Shown in pieces: positions 17,637 to 26,455 of a DNA stretch of 64,000 bases (within the stretch, counting starts at the first letter, position 1; each line of letters opens with the position of its first letter). Position numbers and translations under genes: made by a program. The notes below the pieces were generated by a model. That model ran no database searches and was not told where the DNA came from. It was given only the letters and a program-made list of their open reading frames with translations. The DNA comes from Candidatus Latescibacterota bacterium (GTDB taxonomy: Bacteria > Latescibacterota > UBA2968 > UBA8231), in contig CBDFJF010000002.1 of the NCBI GenBank assembly GCA_965248265.1, positions 544,001 to 608,000 of the forward strand. The letters run 5' to 3'.

Positions 17637-20600
17637 TTAGGCGGACACGGCTGGCCAATCCGACCGCTCGATCAACTCGTTGAATCCGCGGATTTCCTTG
17701 TCGATGACAGCTTGCAGGCGTCGGGCGACCTCGTCGACGTCGGTGGTGAGTTCCTCGAACAGCTCAACGGTCTGTTTCGTCGGTGCGTCGTCGGCGGCTG
17801 CGACCACGCTGATGAGTCCCCCCACCCTCGTGCACACACGCACTGGCAGCCTCAAGGCATCGATTGGACCCCGTTGCCCCGCCTGCACGAGCTCAGCCTC
17901 GATGGCTTCCAGCTCGCTGTTCAAAGCGGCGGCCGCTTCGACGATTGCCCGCCCTTCAGACGAGTCGCCTTCCCGAGCACGGTTGGACCATTCCGACACC
18001 TGCCGCTGCAGGCGACGCAGGCGATTCACCAGGTTGTTAGCCTCCGAGAGTTTGTCGCGGATGCGAACCCACAAGGCGAATTGGGCCTCGAAGTCCGCGG
18101 GTGTGGCCCTAACCCGCGGATCGTGTCTGATTTCGAACGGCTGCGTCAGTACCATGTTACCGACTTCCAACTTGACTTCATAGAGACCCGGGACAGCGAG
18201 GGGGCCATTGGCATGGCGCCGTTCGGCAAGCAAGGCCTCAGGCTTGGGCTTCAACGGGCTGTCCTCGGTGATCCGCTCGGCGCTGGGGTAGCGCATGTCC
18301 CAGACGAACCGGTTCAAGCCGGCCGCTGCGGGAACGAAGCGATCGTCTGCAGCATCCGCATCGTCAGCATCATCGTCACCCGACGCATCATCGTCGCCCG
18401 ACTCGGTGCGGCTCGAAAACGTTTTGATGGTGTCGCCGGCAGCGTCCATGAAGCTGAGCGAAATCGATTCGTCGACATCCTCACTGAGGCGGTAGTAGAT
18501 GACGGCTCCATGCGGCGGATTTTCGCCAGCATCCAGAAAGGATCGGGTCCATTCGCCGTCTTCGGTGGTGTGGTCACGGTAGGCGGCGTGTGCACCGAGT
18601 GCCACCATGTAGCCGATGTCGCCTTCCTTATTGGGCCGAATGGCTCCTACTGCCCAGTTGAGCCAGCGGCGGTACGCGGGCGCCGGCGCGAACAAGTGGG
18701 CAGCCGCAGTGAAGGCTGGATCCCGGCAGAGCTGGCGCAGGGGTGTGAGGTCGTCGAGGATCCAGAACGAGCGGCCATGGGTGGCGGCTACCAGGTCGGC
18801 GTCCTTGACGGTGAGGTCGTAGACGGGAACAACAGGCAGGTTGGTTTGCAGCTTCTGCCAGCTTTGGCCGCTGTTGAGGGAGACGCATACTCCCGTTTCC
18901 GTGCCGACATACAACAGTCCAGCGCACTCCGGGTCTTCACGCACCACGCGGGTGATTTCTCCCTCCGGAAAATCACCGCTGATATCGGTCCAGCTCTTGC
19001 CCCGATCCGTCGTCTTGAGCAGGTAGGGGTGGTAGTCGTCCAGTTTGTAGCGGGTGGCCGCCACATAAGCTGTGTCCGCGTCGTGTCTGGATGGCTCCAC
19101 GCACCCGATCCGGGCTGATTCGGGTAGACTCTCCGGCGTTACTTCAGTCCAACTGCCACCTGCGTTCCCGGACACATGGATCAAGCCGTCGTCTGTGCCT
19201 GCCCACAGCAGTCCCTTTTCGACCGGCGACTCGGCGAATGCGAATACGGTCCCGTAGGTTTCGGCCCCGCTTTGATCGATGGTGATGTCGCCGCCGGAGG
19301 CCAGTAGGGTCGCAGGGTCATTTCTGGACAGATCCGGAGAGATCGCCTCCCAGCTGGCGCCCTCGTTCGTCGTGCGAAAGACAACGTTGCCGGCCACGTA
19401 GAGGGTGTTGGGATCGTGTGGTGAAAAGCAGATCGGAAAGGTCCAGGAAAAGCGGTACTTGAGATCCTTCGGGTCCCAGCCGAAGTACTCCTCCGGCCAC
19501 ACGGAAACCAGACGAAGCTGTCTGGTGTGGTCATCATAGCGCTGCAGGACCCCAGCGCCGCCAGGTGAGCTACCGGTGGATCCGATGTAGACGATGTTGG
19601 CGTCATCGGGATGCACGGCGACATCGCCGCTCTCACCCGTGCCCGGTGTTTTGCAGTGGGTCCACAGAATGACGCCGTACTCGGTGGCGCTGGGCACGCT
19701 GACGCTGGAATTGTCCTGTTGGGTGGCGTAGACGCGGTAGGGAAACTGGTTGTCGGTGTCGAGCCGGTAGAACTGGGCGGTAGGCTGGTTGAATATCGTC
19801 GACCAGGAAGTGCCGCCGTTCCAGGAGACGCAAGCGCCACCGTCGTTGCCCTGGACCATACGGGCGGGATTGCGCGGGTCCAACCACAGGTCGTGGTTGT
19901 CGCCGTGCGGCGTCGTCACTTCCACGAAGGAGGAGCCGCCATCCGTGGACTTCCACATCTGCAGATTCAGTATGTAGACGGTGTCGCGATCCTGCGGGTC
20001 GGCAAACACGTGGCAGTAGTAGAACGGCCGATGGATGAGGTCCCGACTGCCGCAGACCAGTTCCCAAGTATCGCCACCGTCATCCGAGCGGTACAGGCCG
20101 GCGTCCTCGGCTTCGATGATGGCCCAGATCCTGTCGGGATCGGCCGGAGAGACGGCGACGCCGATTTTTCCTTTTAACCCCTTGGGCAACCCTGGGTTAT
20201 CGGTGAGCTCGGACCAGGAGTCACCGCCGTCGACGGAGCGCAGCAGACCGCTGTCGGGACCACCACTCGATAGGGTCCAGAAGGTGCGATAGGCCTGCCA
20301 TACACTGGCGAAGAGCCGGCGAGGGTTGTTGGGATCCATCGACAGATCGATGGCGCCCGCCCGGTCGCTGCGAAAAAGGATATTCTCCCAGTCTCGCCCA
20401 CCGTCACGGGAGCGAAACACACCGCGCTCATTGTTAGGACCAAAGGCGTGGCCGAGAGCCGCTACGTACACCAGGTCAGCGTTACTCGGATGCACTCGAA
20501 TCTTGCTGATATGCCGGGTCTCGGCGAGGCCGGCGTGGATCCATGACGCGCCCCCATCCTCGGAACGATATACACCGTCACCGTAGGAAACGTTGCCCCG

Positions 20601-20876
20601 AATCGTCGACTCACCGGTGCCGGCATACATGACATTGGGGTCGGCTTCGGACACGGCCAACGCACCGATGGCGGCGCTGTTGAAGTAGCCGTCTGAGATG
20701 TTCTCCCAGTAGCTGCCGGCGTCCGTCGTCTTCCACACGCCGCCGGCACAGGCGCCGAAATAGAAAACGGCCTGGTCGCGCGGATGACCGGCCACCGCTA
20801 CCACGCGGCCCCCGCGGGGTGGGCCGATGCAGCGCCACCGGAGTGCCTGTAGATCTGTTTGCGCAATTTGCGTCAA
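17637..20876 (-). CDS. BNR/Asp-box (VPS10/sortilin-like) glycosyl hydrolase
   Basis: WRCIGPPRGGRV, GGVWKTTDAG, many SxDGGxxW Asp-boxes, HGDNHDLW, ATHGRSFWILDD, GLNRFVWDMRY; TTG start after GAGGAG; no signal peptide. Confidence 0.9.
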   Translation of the reverse strand: MTQIAQTDLQALRWRCIGPPRGGRVVAVAGHPRDQAVFYFGACAGGVWKTTDAGSYWENISDGYFNSAAIGALAVSEADPNVMYAGTGESTIRGNVSYGDGVYRSEDGGASWIHAGLAETRHISKIRVHPSNADLVYVAALGHAFGPNNERGVFRSRDGGRDWENILFRSDRAGAIDLSMDPNNPRRLFASVWQAYRTFWTLSSGGPDSGLLRSVDGGDSWSELTDNPGLPKGLKGKIGVAVSPADPDRIWAIIEAEDAGLYRSDDGGDTWELVCGSRDLIHRPFYYCHVFADPQDRDTVYILNLQMWKSTDGGSSFVEVTTPHGDNHDLWLDPRNPARMVQGNDGGACVSWNGGTSWSTIFNQPTAQFYRLDTDNQFPYRVYATQQDNSSVSVPSATEYGVILWTHCKTPGTGESGDVAVHPDDANIVYIGSTGSSPGGAGVLQRYDDHTRQLRLVSVWPEEYFGWDPKDLKYRFSWTFPICFSPHDPNTLYVAGNVVFRTTNEGASWEAISPDLSRNDPATLLASGGDITIDQSGAETYGTVFAFAESPVEKGLLWAGTDDGLIHVSGNAGGSWTEVTPESLPESARIGCVEPSRHDADTAYVAATRYKLDDYHPYLLKTTDRGKSWTDISGDFPEGEITRVVREDPECAGLLYVGTETGVCVSLNSGQSWQKLQTNLPVVPVYDLTVKDADLVAATHGRSFWILDDLTPLRQLCRDPAFTAAAHLFAPAPAYRRWLNWAVGAIRPNKEGDIGYMVALGAHAAYRDHTTEDGEWTRSFLDAGENPPHGAVIYYRLSEDVDESISLSFMDAAGDTIKTFSSRTESGDDDASGDDDADDADAADDRFVPAAAGLNRFVWDMRYPSAERITEDSPLKPKPEALLAERRHANGPLAVPGLYEVKLEVGNMVLTQPFEIRHDPRVRATPADFEAQFALWVRIRDKLSEANNLVNRLRRLQRQVSEWSNRAREGDSSEGRAIVEAAAALNSELEAIEAELVQAGQRGPIDALRLPVRVCTRVGGLISVVAAADDAPTKQTVELFEELTTDVDEVARRLQAVIDKEIRGFNELIERSDWPAVSA

Positions 20877-20905
20877 CTGAACTCTCCTCGTTGTGTGCTA
20901 TCCCG

Positions 20906-21556
20906 TCAGAATTTCGACCTTCTGACAATTGAATGAGTGTACGGCAGCTCTCCGTCGACCATCTGATAGTCGGTGTAGGCCATCCAGAATGACTTGCCGT
21001 CCTCAGCGATCCATTTCGGGATGATCTGAGGTTGGTAGGCGCGCGCCGCGGTATCCCCTTCCGGCGCCCAGGGATCCTCCTCATATACCTGCGCCCAGGG
21101 TCCCCACGGATGTGCCGCCGTCCAGAAGCCGAGATAGCTCGGTTTTCCGAACCACCTGCCCTCGCTGTCGCATCCCATACCCCAGTTCGCCATCATGTAG
21201 ACCCCGAGGGGGGCGTTGTAGACGACACTGGGATGCCAGGCGTAAGGGTGATGAAAGCCTTCGTTCACCCAACCGGATGGAAAGGTGTGGATGATTCCTC
21301 TGGCGTCAATGTCGGGACTCCAATTGGCCGACCCATCGTCGTTTCGGGAGACAAAGTAGGTATAAGCTGAGCGCGAAAGGATCCGATTCCGGGGTATCTC
21401 CAACTGCCTCAGGCCAGCCCCTGCCGTCCGTGAGCAGGACATATTGCTTATCGTTGGCTGCCCATGTGGTGTGCCAGTTGTCCCCGTGACCGGATCGGTG
21501 GGTGGTTCCACCGAGTATCCGAATGCCTGCGATTCCCGTCATCGACTTTCAGCCAT
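20906..21556 (-). pseudogene. DUF4185-like beta-propeller protein, internally deleted and frameshifted
   Basis: N-terminal GHGDNWHTTWAANDKQY...DGRG (21542 frame) joins out of frame near 21380 to C-terminal PSVVYNAPLGVYMM...APWGPW-like...YQPQIIPKWIAEDGK; far too short for the family. Confidence 0.65.
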
Positions 21557-21628
21557 GACCCTTCCTCCATAACATTGTGCCACTACTGTGCAACTACCGC
21601 CACAACATAACAGAAAGAGGATAGGCAG

Positions 21629-22654
21629 ATGGGCCACTATGTCTACATACCGACCGGCGGGAGCGAAAGCACCATACAAATCCATCAACTGGATCCGATC
21701 TCCGGCACGCTGACTCGGAAGGACGAGCTGGCACTTCCGTACCCCGGCAGAGCCCTGTGCACCGATCCCGGCAGCAACTATCTCTACGTGGCACTGTACG
21801 ACGAATCAAACACGGCTGTCGTGTCCTGCAAGATCGATCAAGGCACCGGCAGCTTGTCGCCAATCGGAGAGGTTGATCTCGAAGGCCACAAGTCCTGCTA
21901 CATGTCGACGGACCGCAGTGGTCGGTTTCTGATGTCGGCCTACTACAGCGACGGTCTGGTCACGGTGCATCCCATCGGCGACGATGGGGCCGCCTATGGT
22001 CCTCCGGCGGATCGACATGAGACCGAGCAATATGCTCACTGGGTGGCCACCGATCGCTCAAACCGCTACGCCTTTGTCCCGCACGTGCAGTCGGCGAATG
22101 CCATTTACCAGTTCACCTTCGATGAGGCTACTGGCAAGCTGACACCGAATGCGGAGCGCACCATCGAAGCGGGACTCGGCCAGGGACCCCGTCACCTGGC
22201 CTACCATCCACAGCTGGATGTCGTGTACGCCGACAACGAACAGGAGTGCAGCGTCACCGTGTACCATCTCGACTCCTCAACCGGCACCCTGAAAGCTGTC
22301 CAGACGGTTTCGACGTTACCGGACGATGGATTCGACGGTGAGAAGTCCAACGCACAGCTCCACATTCACCCGGATGGAAGGGCGGTGTACGCCTCGAACC
22401 GCGGACCGGACAGCATCGCCATGTTCTCGATCGACCCCGGCAGTGGGGCGATCACTTCACTGGGACAGCAGCCTGCTCAGAAAATTCCGCGCTCATTCGG
22501 TATCGACCCTGACGGAGACTTTCTGATATCCGGGGCGGATCAATCCGACATTCTGACGTTGTTCAGGATAGACGCCCGCGGCGCCCTCGAGCTGGTCGAG
22601 GAGTACGACATCGGCGGGCCGTGTGCGTGGGTGGGTATTGCCAAGGTGGGATAA
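21629..22654 (+). CDS. Lactonase family beta-propeller protein (6-phosphogluconolactonase-like)
   Basis: AHWVATD, GQGPRHLAYHP, QLHIHPDGRAVYASNRGPDSIA, PRSFGIDPDG. Confidence 0.88.
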   Translation: MGHYVYIPTGGSESTIQIHQLDPISGTLTRKDELALPYPGRALCTDPGSNYLYVALYDESNTAVVSCKIDQGTGSLSPIGEVDLEGHKSCYMSTDRSGRFLMSAYYSDGLVTVHPIGDDGAAYGPPADRHETEQYAHWVATDRSNRYAFVPHVQSANAIYQFTFDEATGKLTPNAERTIEAGLGQGPRHLAYHPQLDVVYADNEQECSVTVYHLDSSTGTLKAVQTVSTLPDDGFDGEKSNAQLHIHPDGRAVYASNRGPDSIAMFSIDPGSGAITSLGQQPAQKIPRSFGIDPDGDFLISGADQSDILTLFRIDARGALELVEEYDIGGPCAWVGIAKVG

Positions 22655-22675
22655 CGCAAAGGAAAATGACACACG

Positions 22676-23512
22676 ATGACGGTTGAACCGAATCCGCTGA
22701 ATATCTTTGCATCCAACCTCTTCGGCGGGCGAACCGCGCTGGTGACCGGGGGAGGTCGTGGCATCGGCAAGCACGTGGCGCTGGCATTCGCAGGCCTGGG
22801 CGCAAACGTCGTCATCGCCAGCAGGAATCAGAAGAATCTGGATCGGACAGCGGAAGAGATCAACGAAAACGGCGCCGATTGTCTGGCCATGCCCGTCAAT
22901 ATTCGCGAAACCACGGAAGTCGATTCACTGATGGAGAAAGCGCTCGAGCGGTTCGGCGCCATCGATTTTCTCATCAATAACGCGGGCGGTCAGTTTCCAG
23001 CTTCTCCCACCAAGATCAGCGATCGTGGCTGGCGCGCCGTCATCGATCTCAACCTCAACGGCACCTGGAACATGTGCAGCCGGGTGGGTCCCCACATGGC
23101 TGAAAACCACTTCGGTTGTATCGTCAACACCATCCACATTTACGCCTTGGAACGCGGGGGGGCACCGTTTGCGCATTCCGGTGCGGCGCGGGCGGGAGTC
23201 GTGAACATGACCAAGTCTCTGGCGTACTACTACGCGCGCCACGGCGTCACCGTCAACGCCCTGGCCCCGGGCTTCGTCTCCACCAGCGGATTGCGCGAGT
23301 TGGAGTTTGACCAACTACAGCACGATGATTATGAAAGCCTCGCCCTGCAGGATATCCCCGCTCACCGTCTGGCTGAACCCGATGAAATCGCCGCCATCTC
23401 CGTGTTCCTGTGCTCCCCGGCGGCTCGCTATATCAATGGCTCGACTCTCGTGGCCGACGGCGCCCTGTCGCTGAGCAACTGGACGCCCTGGGTAGACCCG
23501 GAGACGCCGTAG
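22676..23512 (+). CDS. SDR family oxidoreductase (2,4-dienoyl-CoA / trans-2-enoyl-CoA reductase-like)
   Basis: TGGGRGIG, NNAGGQFP, HSGAARAGV, VNALAPG. Confidence 0.88.
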   Translation: MTVEPNPLNIFASNLFGGRTALVTGGGRGIGKHVALAFAGLGANVVIASRNQKNLDRTAEEINENGADCLAMPVNIRETTEVDSLMEKALERFGAIDFLINNAGGQFPASPTKISDRGWRAVIDLNLNGTWNMCSRVGPHMAENHFGCIVNTIHIYALERGGAPFAHSGAARAGVVNMTKSLAYYYARHGVTVNALAPGFVSTSGLRELEFDQLQHDDYESLALQDIPAHRLAEPDEIAAISVFLCSPAARYINGSTLVADGALSLSNWTPWVDPETP

Positions 23513-23539
23513 TCGGTTGAAATCCTTGCGGCTGCTCGA

Positions 23540-24274
23540 TCACGCCGATCGGGAGGCGAGGCGCAGGAAGGATTCGAACGTGGCCTGCTCCTCGAGGTCC
23601 AGGGCCACGTCCAGACTCGCTGGACCGCTGCGAACCATCTGTTTGAAGCGGGACGTGCTGTCTGCGTCCGTCTGCTCGGCGATGCGTTGGGCAATGGAGA
23701 TCGCCCGCTCCAGCACGTCGTCCGGCTCGAAGACCCAGTTGACGAGGCCGTGGTCCAACATGTGATCGGCACCGAAACGCTCACCGAGTGCCAGCATCTG
23801 CATGGTCCGTTTGTGCCCGATAGTGCTCGGCAACAGATAGGTCAGTCCGCCGGTAGGGAACTGGCCCAGCTGCAGCTCGGGTAGGAAGGCGACCAGGTCG
23901 CTGCCGGCAACGGCCAGATCGCAGTTGAGCAGCCACTCGAAGCCGCCACCGACGGCGTAACCGCGAGCTGCCGCGATCACGATCCGGTTATTGAACATGA
24001 TTCGACGTGAAACTTTTTGGATTGATGCGATATGGGCCTGTGCGCTCGAAGAATCCTCGGACACGTCACTGAACTCCTTGAGGTCCTCGCCAGCGCAAAA
24101 GGCGCGTCCTACGCCCGTTAGGACGAGCGTCGCTGCTTCATCGCAGGCCTCAGCTTCGTCGAGCGCCGCATGCAGGTCTTCCAGCAACACACTGCTGATG
24201 GCATTGAGCCGTTCGGGTCGATTGAACGAAACGATCCCTACCTGGCTGTGCAATTCAAAGGTCGCAAAGCTCAT
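23540..24274 (-). CDS. Enoyl-CoA hydratase/isomerase (crotonase) family protein
   Basis: FNRPERLNAI, GRAFCAGEDL, GYAVGGGFE, PELQLG; ATG 24274 overlaps the ligase stop (ATGA). Confidence 0.88.
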   Translation of the reverse strand: MSFATFELHSQVGIVSFNRPERLNAISSVLLEDLHAALDEAEACDEAATLVLTGVGRAFCAGEDLKEFSDVSEDSSSAQAHIASIQKVSRRIMFNNRIVIAAARGYAVGGGFEWLLNCDLAVAGSDLVAFLPELQLGQFPTGGLTYLLPSTIGHKRTMQMLALGERFGADHMLDHGLVNWVFEPDDVLERAISIAQRIAEQTDADSTSRFKQMVRSGPASLDVALDLEEQATFESFLRLASRSA

Positions 24275-25599
24275 CGGTCCGTCCTTTCGATCCACGATGT
24301 CTTGCCATCAGTCCGTGATAGCGACAAGTCAGGTACCATGGCGATGACGGCGCCGGCACCGATGCGCTCCCGGATCCGTTCCTGGAGAATGGTGGCAGCG
24401 CGACCGAACTCATCGCCGGGAAGGCCGGAAGCCGCTTCCACCGTCATCTCGATGTAATCATACGGTCCCGGACCGCGCAGGTTTATGCGAAAGTGCCCGG
24501 ATGTCACATCCGCGGAAGAGGTCAGCACTTCGGATATTGCGGCAGGGAAGACATTAACCCCGCGCACGTTGAACATGTCATCGGTCCGTCCGACGATGCG
24601 AAAGCGCCATGATGTGCGACCGCATCGGCACGGATCAGTATCTCTGATCGTGACGATGTCACCGGTGCGATACCGCACCAATGGCTGTGCCTGCCGGTAC
24701 AGGTTCGTCAGCACCAGCTCTCCACGGTTGCCCGTTTCGATCGGCAGTGTCGTGCCCTGTTCGGGGTCCAACAATTCAACGAAGACGACATCTCCGGCGT
24801 GGAAGTGCAGGTCGTTGGTGAACGGACACTGGCCGGCGAACTGGCTGAGCACCTCGCTCAGGCCGTAGTTGGCGTTGCGCACTTCGAAACCCCACGTCTG
24901 TGCGAGTTTCTGGCGGAAGTTGTCGTTGTCGAGGCCTGCCTCGCCACCGAAGAGTGCGAGCCGCAGGCCGAGTTCCCTGGGATCGCGCCCGCCGGATTCG
25001 GACAGGACCTTTTCCATCAACGCGGGATAAGAGGGCGTGCACGAGATTGCTGTGATGCCGAGTTCGTCGATGGTTTGCAGCAGGCGACGCGTGTTACCGA
25101 CGCCAAAGGGCACGACCATGGCACCCGTGGCCTCCAGGGAGAGATGGTCGGTCAGACCGCCGGTCCAGAGGCAGTAGTTGAGGCAGTGGATGACGCGATC
25201 GGTCGAGCGCAGGCCCGCGGCGAACATCGCCCTGCCACCAACCCGTGCCGTCACACGCGCATCCTGCTCGGTCCAGGCAATGTTGATTGCTCCGCCGGTG
25301 GTACCGGACGTCCGATGCAGGCGTGCCACCTGCTTCTCGTCGCAGGCCAGGTGGTCGCCGAAGGGAGGACGCCGTTGGATGCTGTCGCGCAACTCGTCTT
25401 TGTCGGTCAGCGGTAATTCGGCGAGGCGGTCCAGCGGCAGGGGACGCGATGCTGCGTCTCCAAATTTGTCTATGTAGAACACTGAACGGCCGCGGAGGTA
25501 ATCCCATTGCGCCGGCCAGGTCTGTTGATACAACGTCACCGTTTCCTGCGCAGACATCGCCTCGACCGCAGGCTCGAGCATTGCGGTGAAGTCGCTCAT
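24271..25599 (-). CDS. Phenylacetate-CoA ligase (PaaK)-like protein
   Basis: Start MSDFTAM at 25599; LPLTDKDELR, HRTSGTTG, NYGLSE, PLVRYRTGD, CRCGRT, GRTDDMFNVRGVNVFP. Confidence 0.85.
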   Translation of the reverse strand: MSDFTAMLEPAVEAMSAQETVTLYQQTWPAQWDYLRGRSVFYIDKFGDAASRPLPLDRLAELPLTDKDELRDSIQRRPPFGDHLACDEKQVARLHRTSGTTGGAINIAWTEQDARVTARVGGRAMFAAGLRSTDRVIHCLNYCLWTGGLTDHLSLEATGAMVVPFGVGNTRRLLQTIDELGITAISCTPSYPALMEKVLSESGGRDPRELGLRLALFGGEAGLDNDNFRQKLAQTWGFEVRNANYGLSEVLSQFAGQCPFTNDLHFHAGDVVFVELLDPEQGTTLPIETGNRGELVLTNLYRQAQPLVRYRTGDIVTIRDTDPCRCGRTSWRFRIVGRTDDMFNVRGVNVFPAAISEVLTSSADVTSGHFRINLRGPGPYDYIEMTVEAASGLPGDEFGRAATILQERIRERIGAGAVIAMVPDLSLSRTDGKTSWIERTDR

Positions 25600-25618
25600 G
25601 CACAGCGCCTTCGTGAGC

Positions 25619-26035
25619 TCACGGCGCACGTCGCTTGCCGGCGTCCGCCTCAATGGTGGCACGGTCGACGATGGCACGAGCGTGCCGGCCCTTGGCGACC
25701 GCCCCAGCGTCGTCCTCGCAGCTGACTTCGAACCAGTAGAGCGACTTTTCCCTCTCAAGGTAGATGGCGTGGGTCGTAAACGCCGAACCGACCGGGGTCG
25801 GCTTGAAATGGGTGACTTCAAACTTGACCCCCACGGTCATCTGCCCCTCTTCGAGAAGCGGCAACATCGCCTGGGCGCAGGTGCGCTCCATGAATGAGAT
25901 CATCATCGGCGATGACAGGACCTCCGGGTAGGACTCACCTGCATCCCGGCCAATGGCATGGGCCGTCATGTCCTCTGACACGACCGTGCGCACAGTGATT
26001 GTGCCTGTTGGTTCCTGTTCGCTCAAGCCGCCCAT
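25619..26035 (-). CDS. Hotdog-fold thioesterase (FlK-like)
   Basis: VLSSPMMISFMERTC...TVGVKFEVTHFKPTPVG...GRHARAIV; Ser/Thr-Glu-His positions as in FlK. Confidence 0.82.
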   Translation of the reverse strand: MGGLSEQEPTGTITVRTVVSEDMTAHAIGRDAGESYPEVLSSPMMISFMERTCAQAMLPLLEEGQMTVGVKFEVTHFKPTPVGSAFTTHAIYLEREKSLYWFEVSCEDDAGAVAKGRHARAIVDRATIEADAGKRRAP

Positions 26036-26038
26036 AGT

Positions 26039-26078
26039 GAGGATAAAGGGCATTATCGTGAGTCCGTCAAGCGCGTTT
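26039..26078 (-). repeat. 40-bp promoter/operator-like cassette, copy 1
   Basis: GAGGATAAAGGGCATTATCGTGAGTCCGTCAAGCGCGTTT, identical to 48121-48160; 3 nt upstream of the thioesterase ATG. Confidence 0.9.
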
Positions 26079-26455
26079 GAGGTGTTTCGAGGGCGTTTGG
26101 GGCTGTGCCTGTACGTTGATCGTCGTGCGGTGAACGATGGGCGGCGCGCGTGACGGCCTGCCCGCTCGGCCACCACCATCACGCACACCGACGCAGACCC
26201 AGACCTCACCTACGGCGTGACTCCACTAACGAGTCGCGCAACCCTGACATCAATCTTGACTCGGCTCCTCGTGCCACCAGCAATGCACACGGATGTGAAG
26301 AGCCCTTCACGCATGGCAGCCGCCTCTCGAAGTCACGATTGCCTTCGCCAACGACAATAGCGACCATATTTGCGACAGGCGGAGTCAGCCTGCCGGCGGG
26401 ACAACTCCTGTCCCGGGTTCATCGAACTCACTCATCAGATGGCGAGGGCAAAACG

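Noticed and set aside
26150-26455. Several short hairpins upstream of DUF4091 paralog A as a riboswitch, and the ORF-track 102-aa extension
   Set aside because: No recognisable aptamer consensus and 5-7 bp stems are expected at this GC content; paralog B shows the protein starts at MKWTW.
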